DNA of 64,000 nt. Origin: Phoronis australis (lineage: Eukaryota; Animalia; Phoronida). The stretch spans positions 1,459,755 through 1,523,754 of the forward strand of contig NMRA01000001.1 of assembly GCA_002633005.1 (NCBI GenBank), written 5' to 3'. Positions 12,301 to 23,748 of the stretch are shown piece by piece. Within the stretch, counting starts at the first letter, position 1. Every line of letters starts with the position of its first letter. Position numbers and translations under genes: made by a program. The notes below the pieces were generated by a model, which saw only the letters and a list, made by a program, of their open reading frames with translations, made no database searches and was not told where the DNA came from.

Positions 12301-15300
12301 GCGATGGCATTGATATATGTAGATTATTACGTGGCGAAGTCGTTATCCCCCGTTATCTAGAGCCCTCGTGGATTTTGGAGAATTATCACCCTCGGGGCTA
12401 ACGCTCCTCGGGTGATAATTATCCAAAATCCACTCGGGCTCTAGATAAGGGGGATAACGGCTGAGAACATGTAATAATCTATTTATACCACATACTAAAC
12501 GAGAAACATTGCAATGAATCGATTTACCTTTTCTGACTCTCCACGGCTTTGTAACTACTTACTATGTCAGAGGCCCGGGGTCGGAGGTCGTGACCTTTTA
12601 AGAAAAGCCGGGCTATTTTTGTCAAATAATGCTTTTACCAATTGAAAACTTAAATATAATAGAAATAAATTGAATTGATAAATTAGGTTTACCAACTATT
12701 ATAGCTTAAAACACGTTTTTTTCACGCTAAGCTTCGACCGGGAAATTATCGTCTGCTAAAGTAGGTTACCACTGGTAACTGAATATAATTCTCAAGTCAA
12801 AGATCCTGACGACACGATACCCGCATTCAAACTGGAGATCGGTGATTTACAAGTAAGAGGACATGAAAGAAAAATTTCACTGAATTAAGATATTATTTTT
12901 ATGGAAATTATGTGTCATATTTTTCGTAGCGTATAAGTACAGTACAATGCGGTTTGTTGAACATGGGATTATTGCGAGTGCTCATTTAAGTATTCTATTT
13001 CACTCTCGATGGCGTCAGTCGCTGCGTGGTGTAGTGGTAAGGTCGGCGACCAGGAATTCCAGGGTCCCTGGTTCGACTCCGTCCTCGGTTTCCCGCCAAA
13101 TCGTTATCTCACTAGTGAGATAACTTTATGGGTTATTACACGGTTGTATCTGCCATTTGACGCTATTATTGTGGTATAAATACACAAAACGCACCGAGAG
13201 TGGCGTACATGAAGTAATATCCCATGAGACATTATTCCGCTTATCGATACGCGGAATAAGGTAGAATATTTATCCCATGCGCTCGAATTCTTCTAAGTTT
13301 CTTTCATTTTTTCGGCAGATTTTTTAAATACTTCACTCAGACTGTTCACATGGCAGATCACACCCTATATGTATGTACTTGCGCGCTAGGTTGCAAGTTT
13401 TCGCTTGTAAAAGAAACAGTTTCAAAAGTAACGATTTATTTCTTGAAAAGAGATAACAAAGATGAAAACAACGGCAACTGTGCAATGAACTTGTAGCATC
13501 TCCTGGAAATAGTTAAATATCAACAATAATCGATATTGTAGTTTCCGAGTTGCAGACGATATAGCATTCAGCAATTGAAAACTGAGACAGAAGTGTCATA
13601 TAATTAAAAGTTTTTCCAAACTTTACATTTAGGGCCTGGTTGCATGTCGAGTGTTAGTTACACTGCTGCAACTGTATTACTTTAAACTATATTCGGAAAG
13701 TTTGATGATCGAACCGGCTGAAGACGTCGAGTCGACGTTGACTGATGTAATAATATCGGCTCCGTCTCGATCATTTTCACATTTTTGAGGTCTGAATACC
13801 GAAATATTGACATCGATGATTGTGCTTCGCCCTCGCCATTGGTTCATATTTGTATCATCATAGATGTATATTGTGTAGCCGGAAGTACTCACGTGTGTGC
13901 CAATTCATGACTAGCACTGATGATACCGGCGAACGATCCGTCATCTTCCACCATCCCACAATTCCACATAAAACCGCGGTAGTCGGCCTGAGCACAAGCC
14001 GTGCCAATGTACGCCCATCCCGTTACAGTGTTATAGCATGTCGGTGTTCCAGTGCATATGTCATATCTGGCGAGTGGACAGAAGTTAACAATATGTCAAT
14101 TTCAACATAGATCGTAGACAACAGATTCACGTCTCTTATGTTTTCATACGAAATTCCCAGAAGAGACGCTACTTTCCGGTTAGTGAGCATTGCTCAAATA
14201 GGGTCTCAAATAAGGTCCCTGAGTATACTGCGTATTTGTGAACTTGTGAAAACACCTGTTGTTCCTTATTATGTTGTTTTAGTTTTATTACTAATTCAGT
14301 TTTCGGCGTTGATGCAAACCGAGAGTGAATTCTAAGTTGAATTCTCAACATTATCGAAAATAAATTGTGATCTTTTCATGCAATACCCCAAATTCATGGA
14401 CTAAGTCCCTATTTATTTTCTTTGAACTCAGAGCTCAGTTTTTAGTTATATCATTAGACAATGTCATTAGTCAAAGTGGAGCTCATAGCAAAGATGAAAT
14501 GAAAAATGTTACATTTGTGGGTAAAGAAAGACACAAACACGCAAAAATAGGGAACTTGAGTTCCTATTTAGAACTGTTTCGTGCAACGACTTACTTGCCG
14601 CACGTAAATCTGCGACTCGCACCAGGCGCCGCTAGTGAAAAGTAACTTCTCGGCCAATAGTGTTGGTCGCGCCTTGCGCGTATGGTCACACATGCTGTTT
14701 ATGGAGAATACACAGCTGGCAGTCCGTGTATAGTGTATGGTTTCCCGAAACACACAAAGCAACGAACTGGAATACTTAAAGTAGCATTTCGCCCTGTTTA
14801 GCTGTTTAAAGTCGAATTAGGCCTTTTACTCTCATAATTCTGTGCCATAACCTATGATACATGTACTCTTTATCATGATAGGACTCTATTTGCGTTACTA
14901 ACGGGAACGTCGAAACCATCAGCGACAAGAAAACACTTCAGCGTGTATTGGGGTTGGCTAACCCTAAATTGCGTGTTCGAAAATGGCGCACGCAGGTATT
15001 GCCGGTGGCTTGAGTTAGTAACAGAAATGGAATCCTATGACGGTGATGAATGTGGTTACGGCTGATTTTATGAGTGTAAAGGGTATAATTCGATTTTGTT
15101 TTCAGCCTGATAAAAAGACAACATGGAGCAATGTCACAAAAAAGTCTTGTCAGACGACTTACGGTTATGAAATTAGTCTCTCAGATTGCTCCTTAGACAG
15201 AAAAGCTGTGAATTGTGGGCTTCTAAAGACCTGACAGTTTGTTGCTTTGGTATTATTGTACGTTGGATGGGATAGACTTCTTGAAGTTATTAGCTTTGAC

Positions 15301-18300
15301 CAGAGCTATAAGACAGGAAAATCCGCTGTGCTTTTGTTTGTTTATTACTAATCACCAATTCTCGCCGTGCATTTGTCAGACATTCGCTGAAATCAAGGTC
15401 GGTAACTTTACCTGCCTCCCGTTCAGTAGCGCTAGGATCTCGCTAAAAAGCAAGACGTCGCGAGATTACTTGAACATTGCCGTGTATTTTAAAAGAGAAC
15501 ACGTGACTTTGGCTTGATTTTAGCTAGGTCCTAGCGTAGGTCATAGCGTTACTGAACGCACGCCACAGGTAATACGTTTAGAATACTCTACCATTTATCC
15601 AGTGGGATTTGAGTCCTATAGATCTAATAGCGGATTTGCAGCGACGCCATATTGAAATTAGGTTAAAATGGTGCATTGTGGGTTCTGTGGTCAGGATTCC
15701 GAAAGCGGCCATAGTAACAAGCATAATACGCGGTATGAGCGCGAAGAAAACTTACGGCGGATATACTTGTGTTCCTGGCTGCTTCAAAAACAACAAGACA
15801 GATAAAAATCTGAGTTTTTATGTGNNNNNNNNNNNNNNNNNNNNNNNNNNNNNNNNNNNNNNNNNNNNNNNNNNNNNNNNNNNNNNNNNNNNNNNNNNNN
15901 NNNNNNNNNNNNNNNNNNNNNNNNNNNNNNNNNNNNNNNNNNNNNNNNNNNNNNNNNNNNNNNNNNNNNNNNNNNNNNNNNNNNNNNNNNNNNNNNNNNN
16001 NNNNNNNNNNNNNNNNNNNNNNNNNNNNNNNNNNNNNNNNNNNNNNNNNNNNNNNNNNNNNNNNNNNNNNNNNNNNNNNNNNNNNNNNNNNNNNNNNNNN
16101 NNNNNNNNNNNNNNNNNNNNNNNNNNNNNNNNNNNNNNNNNNNNNNNNNNNNNNNNNNNNNNNNNNNNNNNNNNNNNNNNNNNNNNNNNNNNNNNNNNNN
16201 NNNNNNNNNNNNNNNNNNNNNNNNNNNNNNNNNNNNNNNNNNNNNNNNNNNNNNNNNNNNNNNNNNNNNNNNNNNNNNNNNNNNNNNNNNNNNNNNNNNN
16301 NNNNNNNNNNNNNNNNNNNNNNNNNNNNNNNNNNNNNNNNNNNNNNNNNNNNNNNNNNNNNNNNNNNNNNNNNNNNNNNNNNNNNNNNNNNNNNNNNNNN
16401 NNNNNNNNNNNNNNNNNNNNNNNNNNNNNNNNNNNNNNNNNNNNNNNNNNNNNNNNNNNNNNNNNNNNNNNNNNNNNNNNNNNNNNNNNNNNNNNNNNNN
16501 NNNNNNNNNNNNNNNNNNNNNNNNNNNNNNNNNNNNNNNNNNNNNNNNNNNNNNNNNNNNNNNNNNNNNNNNNNNNNNNNNNNNNNNNNNNNNNNNNNNN
16601 NNNNNNNNNNNNNNNNNNNNNNNNNNNNNNNNNNNNNNNNNNNNNNNNNNNNNNNNNNNNNNNNNNNNNNNNNNNNNNNNNNNNNNNNNNNNNNNNNNNN
16701 NNNNNNNNNNNNNNNNNNNNNNNNNNNNNNNNNNNNNNNNNNNNNNNTTAACGTCTCTAGCATATACACGGCGAAAGCTACAACAGTTAAGCAACCCAAG
16801 AACTCTCAACTTGTCTGAAACCGGAGGAGATTTCGAAATCAACGCCGATAGCCCCAATACTGAACATGACGACAGTTGTGCCCTCGGTCACACGGTCACT
16901 GATCATAGCTACGCTGTGTTTACAAACGAGAGAGAGGACTTGCTTGGTATTATAAAGCAAAAAAATGAAACATGGTTTTTAGTTTGCAAATCACTCCAAA
17001 TGCACACTATGCAGCCTGCTCAAGACATGCCTGACCACAAGCTATCCCACGAGCCTTCGCGCAGGAAGTAACTTGCACATGCGCAATGCGTAGTTCGTTT
17101 GCGCTGCAAATCCGCTATTGAAGCACTGGTGTAAATTGCTATTTTTAGACCTTAAATCTGAAACACTGCACATATTGGCTGCAGTGGACATTATTGTGAC
17201 GCCGACAGGAGGCACGTTCCAAAACGAGGCTCGCTACGACCGCTATGTTGGCTTATCGGCATAGTTGTATTCCGCGTTGCTCGAACGGCTAGAAAAAATA
17301 CGGACATTCAACTGTATGTTTTACAATCCCAAAGGACGTTGAGATTCGGAAGTGTTGGGTCATTGCCATACGCCGCGACGATGGAAAATATGTCCGTGTA
17401 AAATTTATAAATGTTTTTTTTCGAAAAGTTCGATCATATCTTGTCGAGCATCATTTCAACCGGACCGGAGAATCTTTGGACATCCAGGCTCTATTCCCCT
17501 CTCAAAAATATTGAAAAATCACATGGAATTCCCCCCACGAGGCCTAGAACGAGATTCCCCTAGTGATTTCTCTAGCCCAACAACAAGTTGGGAAGATGAT
17601 CCCTGTAGCCAACATCTTACATGACTATCAATCTGGCATTTATGGTTGGAGGGCCAGCTCTCTTTTGTTCGATAATTGCTCTAATCTCCAATAAGATCGT
17701 ATCTAGCCTGACTGGGTTGTGTTGTTAAAAATAAAAGTTAAGTTATAACATATCTGAACATTAACCAATAGCATTTCTGAAACTCTAGTCAAATGGTGAT
17801 CATGTTAATTTTTGAATTGCCAAAATCGCCAAACTACAACCGAAGTTTATAAAATCTATTCTTTCTGAACGTACCAATTCACTCTGGGTTTGACAGTATT
17901 CACAGGTGGTCTGTAATAAGCCTGGTAAATAATTGGCCTGCCTGTTGTCCTACCAGACAAAAGACTGTGCATGGCAGTTAACAAAGAAGTTAGATGTTAT
18001 CACACGCTCACAACCCTCAACGTCTGGTAAAGTCACTGAACGAGAAAACGCCGTCATGGAGCAGATGTCCTGGTTCATGTAGAAAGCATTATCAACAATT
18101 TACAAGAAGAAACGTAACCCTGCTTTCACCATAATACCTAATCCGTAACACCTACGATCGTCGCAATTTGGTCATATTTACTTTTTATATTTCAAACGTA
18201 GTTTTCCGAAAAAACTTATATCCTTTCTTCAGACAACTCTTTGTTGCATTGACTTGTTCTCTAATGTATTTTCTACGTCTCTGTGGTTAATTATCGACAC

Positions 18301-21300
18301 ATTTTTAAGATTTAATATCCAGATTGGACTCCAAAGACCGACAATTTAGCTCACGCAATGTCAACCGTTCCGCTTTGTTTATCGCAGTGAGCCTCGCTTT
18401 GGATTTTAATTTCCGCCGCGTGAATTAGGTCTATAGTAGGGTGTTTGGCTGCTACCGCAGGGGTTCCGCGTTCGATGTGGCGCTTAGCTGATGCTGGACT
18501 TAGAAAGTTATTTTTCTTGCCAACACCATCCGTATTAGTAAACTTGTCACGGTGTGTCATTTTTGTTGGTCCAGAAAATAACGAATCAGCAGTTGTTTGC
18601 GAAACCAAAAACCACTTGTCGTCTTAGAAAGGAACAAGTTGAGACCAATGTTTAGTGGTAAGTGGTCTAAATAAGATTTTTATTTCTTCGACGGAATGCG
18701 GATTCATTGTCGGTCACTTTAACCTATCAACTGATCTCAAGTAATACTAGACTTTTGAAAATTTTTCTAACAAAACAACGTTCTCTTATCAATCCTCAAA
18801 AGCTGGAAAACTGTTTAAAAAGTCAAACGCGGTTAACGCCTGATTTGTCTGTGTTTATTTGATTCTCAAAGATACCCGTACATGGTTCATAATTAGGTTA
18901 CAGCCCGTACGTGCACAGGGATGTTGATTGAACTCATACCACAGACCCCACAACACTTACCAAATAGCTTTGAAACAAAATTCTGTTTGCTCAAAACATG
19001 TTTCAAAATTCCCTACTAAAGTTTCAGGAAGTGGTCAACTGGTAGTTTTATTAGGTTCCAAACGAAAATGAAACCGAAAGAACAAGCCCCTTCAAAATGT
19101 TTTAACACAGAATGGAGGATAAATTTTTGTATCGATGCTAGTCTAATGCCAACTGAATTTTCTGCAAAGAACCTACATGAAAACGAGGGCCTTTTCCATG
19201 AAAAGTACCGGGCTCGTGTCAGAAATTTCATCTTACGTTGAACACAATTATTTCAGAAAACAATATACTATTAATTTAACAAAGTACAAACTATATCAGA
19301 ATGTACAGAAAATACTAATTAATTGTGTAATTTGCATAACGTATTGCTAAATTGTGATGTGTTCACATCCGGGGTGGGGCTCGTGGGACTCAAATGAGCC
19401 CTCCCATTTGGCGAAGTGGGCAAAAGGGTCCGCCTCAGAGAAACAAAAAGTCCGAAAAAGTTCAAAACGAAACACAAGTCCACTAAAAAGGCAGTCGGAA
19501 CTACCAAAATTCTTTTTAGTAAAAGCTCCTCATTCTCAAAAATTCGAGTGCCCCTATTTTTAGGCTGGGTGCGCGCATGGCTTTAACTGTTGCGTTAAAA
19601 AATCTTTATACATATTCAGCAATATAGAAGTGGGCGAGTGTAAGACAAAATTGCTGACCTGAGTCTTAATTAATGGTACAGGCATGTAGAGGTCAACTCA
19701 AACAGCAACACTTACGCTGTGTGTAAAAGAGCCACGTCGTGCTTCGGCAAAGACGACCTTCTGGTGTATAGCCAGCGCCTCAGGGATTTCAGGGTGCTTT
19801 CTCCCGATACAGAAAGTCCATTCAGATTGTTTCGCAAAAAACTGCAGTCATCTTCACTCTAAAAATTATATTCAGTCCAGAGAAAAAAGTTAGTGACGGT
19901 AAATAAATACACAAAACGTACAGAGTGGCGTACATTAAGTAATATCCCACGAGGCAATATTCCGCGTATCGACCGAGAACGATGGTCGAGGTCGATACGC
20001 GGAATAATGTCGAGTGTTTATTCCATACGCTTCGAATTCCTAAGTTTCTTTCACTTTTTTCGGCAGATTTTTTAAATACTGCAATCAGACTGTTCCCGTG
20101 GCGGATCACATCCTATATGTATGTACTTGCGCGTAACGCTGCAAGTTTCCTCTAGTGAAAGAAACAGTGTTAAATATAACGATTTATTACTTGAAAAGTG
20201 ATTAAAGATGAAAACAACGGTAACTGTGCATTGAACTTGTAACATCTCCTGAAAATAGTTAAATAACAACAATATTTGATATTGTAGTTACCGAGGAATC
20301 GGAGCCTACGTTGCAGACGATATAAAATTTAGCAATTTAAAACTGAGACAGATCTGTCATATAATCAACAGTGCTGTTTCAGATGTTACGATTGGGACCT
20401 GTTTGCATGTTGAGTGTTATTTACACTGCTGCAATTGTATTACTTTAAACTGTTTTCGGAAAGTTTGATGATCGAACCGGCTAACGACGTCTTGTCGACA
20501 TTGAACTACCTTTTGAACTTTCCATATCAGAGGTCACTGTTGAAGTAGTGCGGGAGGTGAATACAGAAAACAATATTACATGACCGTATTGCACTCGACT
20601 GATTCAACGCGTATGAAACAATATGACGACAATGAAAAATGATGACCATCATGACTTTAATCTTTCGTAATCATGATGTTAGTCATGGTAATAATTCTAA
20701 TGCCAATCTCTGATAATGACTACAATGACGATAATGATATTGATGACGATTATGATGACGACGAAGACGACGACGTTGATGATGACGATGACCATGATGG
20801 TGATGACAATCACGATGATGGTGATGATGACAGTGATGAAGACAACGATGTTGATGATGACGATGATGATGATGAAGAAGAAGACGATGATGATGAGGAT
20901 GACGATAATGATGATGACGGTGACGAAGTTTGAGGGAGCACAATGATACAGGGAATGAGAAGCTATAAAAAGCTCTTGGGGCTCGTTTTATCAAAGGTAG
21001 ACCTCTTGGTCTTCCTAACTGGTCGGAACCACGTGACGTTATTTCTACAAGAGCAAACGCTTTACAACGGATGCAAATCCGATCGTAGAACGTAGTGGTT
21101 GAAATTCAAGCTGAAGGCACGGCAGTCTCGCACTGGACAAGGGCTGAGTCATTTGATAAAACAGGACCACTGACAAAGCTGTAGTGCAATATTATGTATG
21201 AAAAGCGGTAATGGCGAGGCTGTACTGTACATTGAAAAATAGAAAAACAAAGTTGTTCTAACAAAAAATTATACTTACACTACAGTAATATATTCCGGTG

Positions 21301-23715
21301 AGTGTAACACTGATGTCAAAGTCTTGAATTGTCTTGTATCGTAAATTCACCTTTAAGTGAGAAAGGATTCGTTAAGTGTTTAATATAAAAACAGTTTTCA
21401 GCACAAAATCATGCATCTTATGGTTTAGCAGGTGCCCAATCTAATGTAGCGTCAGGTCTGTAAACCGGAAATGAAAATTATTACTGGTTTAGGGAATAAT
21501 AAACCAGCGCCTTCAGTCAAAAACTGACTTTAGATTTTGGACATTTACTTTTGTAAATCGGTCTCGTGTTGTTCCTCGCTCAGATTAGAAATGGTTTCTT
21601 GGCTTGAGAAGAACTTACAAATCGTTAGTGCTTCAGGCTTCTCACTTACTTGTCACGGCGGGTTATTTTCAGTTGCCAAGGCATCCGTCCATTGAATTCA
21701 TATTGTAGCCAATTTCGTTATCAAAACAAAGGAAAAAAACGTGATGACGCTGCTTTGCAAGAGCAATTGCTTTTTTAATACCAGAACATGATTTATTCAC
21801 TACTTGCACACTTTGGTGGCGCTGGAAAAAATGATTGCTGTGCCTTGTAGCCAATATTCAGCTCTGTAAACACTATTTAAGGGTTGACTATGTGCCTTGT
21901 TGCTTAGGATACAATGCCTCGCTTTTGCATCTATTTTAACAACGCAAAAGTGAAAGCCCGGGACCTAAAAAGCTTCTCTCTAGAATAGATTACTGTATTA
22001 TCAAGTTACAGATACAGTACAAAAATATATATCTCGGTTTTTCAATAATAGTTTTTTTAAAGAATAATTTAGAGTTCACCCTTGACATTTTCACCTAATC
22101 CTATCCCCATGATTACACAACATCTTACCAAGTTGCTTGAATCACTTAAATAAAGTGTGTGAATTTTTTGTCTTTTCGGTTTTTATATTTTAGAAGCAAA
22201 ATGTTTCTTGTACAACTGTACTTGCGGCTGGATAAATTTGATTGCTGCACAAAGCCCAATACATTGTTCAACAATGACAATGTGACGTCATCGATGCTAT
22301 CCACCTAACGACTGTTATGCAAAGGGATCTGATATATTTATTACCAACAAATAGCTGACATTGATTGCACTAAGAAAAACGACCAAGCCCTTAGATGATA
22401 TGTGATATCAAATACACAAAATCCTCCTGCGTCAAGAGAATGGTTGAACAAGTTTTTTTTTCCAAAAGAGGTGACAGTATCATGTTTACATTTTGAAGAG
22501 TTTATTCTCTTCAGGGTTAAGATTGAAAATTTGATCTATGAAATCACGCTAATACTTTGTTTAGTTCACCAACTGGAGATTGGTGTTGTAAGTAAAACCC
22601 TTGCTCAGACGGCACGTGGATGTCAGACAGCTTACACCTTGTCCTCTGAGCATTGACTGAGACCACATACCTGCCATCGGTGACACGAGAAGAAACTCGA
22701 TTTAGATATACGTAGCGTTGCAATAGGGAGGGAGAGAAGTATCCGCATGAACTGAAATGCGCAAGCGCGCCTTTTGGACATGGATCCTGGAACGAGTTGC
22801 TCTACTTTTTAGTTGAGACAGTGAATTGTCACGCCCGGTGTTACGTTGCATCGAGACGTTTTTTGTTCAACCCCTTTAACTTCATACTCGTGGGGCAAGT
22901 TGTTCCGGAACAAGATGTCTTTTGGATGCAGCTGCGTCTTAAAAGACGCATGGCAAAATTTTTACTACTGGCGAATAACAAATTGCGTAAACTTCAAACA
23001 ATTTCGAAGGCACCTTACCTACCCCATTGTAAAAATTCGCTATGTACTGTCTCGACCATTCGTCTCCTCTAGTTTTCAATTTCTCTCCAAGTTGATAATC
23101 AACTACTGCCAATACTTCAACAGTCACGAGGGCTGTAATTGCTCGTCTGACCACATGATCGTCCCCGGAAGCTGCAGAATAAAGCATCTTCTGAAAAAAG
23201 TGCATTCGTCCAAACACCTTCACATGTCAACAAGGAGTAAGTAAAGTATTTACGTATCCATGTATTTTATACATGCGCTTGAAATGTATCTATATATTCA
23301 CTAGCTTAAAGATAAAGTTCCCCCCCCCCCTCCCTCCCTCTCTACTAAATACGCCGGGAGTTTGAGAAAGTGATTTTTACTGTCGCGAGCAGAAAAGGTC
23401 TAAACAAATGAAAACTTCTTACAGATGTCATATCGTCACTGAGAATACAAATCGCTGTTCATAGAGATTTGTAGTCTACGTTCCTTTTTCTCTCATCGTC
23501 ATTCACAAGATTTATCACTCATTATAATATTAGTCAAATGCCGCAAGTCGTTGTCGTGTACTGGCACATACCTTGTTGCATGCGCGCACTTAGGCCTATG
23601 CTCGTATATCCGAAATCATATTTTTTCGGGGAATTTTCGCTCAAGTGTTTTGCATATAGGGCCGTGTTCCCGTGCTTTACATATAGGCACAGCGACTATC
23701 CCTTATGTGTGTGTG

Positions 23716-23748
<33 letters not shown>

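Noticed and set aside
13020-13090. Functional tRNA gene
   Set aside because: A/B boxes are present, but acceptor and anticodon stems do not pair properly.
15609-16857. 330-380-aa ORFs in the track
   Set aside because: Artefacts of the N gap; only the THAP start is real.
18355-18622. Exon-like minus-strand segment (AG...GTGAG) in protease intron 4
   Set aside because: Its open frame is phase 1-2, incompatible with the phase-2 intron, and exons 4 and 5 already join seamlessly.
20673-20994. Poly-Asp (+) and poly-His (-) ORFs resembling biomineralisation or metal-binding proteins
   Set aside because: They are translations of an intronic (GAT/GAC)n microsatellite that is open in several frames, with no convincing splice context.
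21650-21863. Exon-like segment with strong GTAAGT donor in protease intron 2
   Set aside because: Inclusion gives an immediate stop; no homology recognised.
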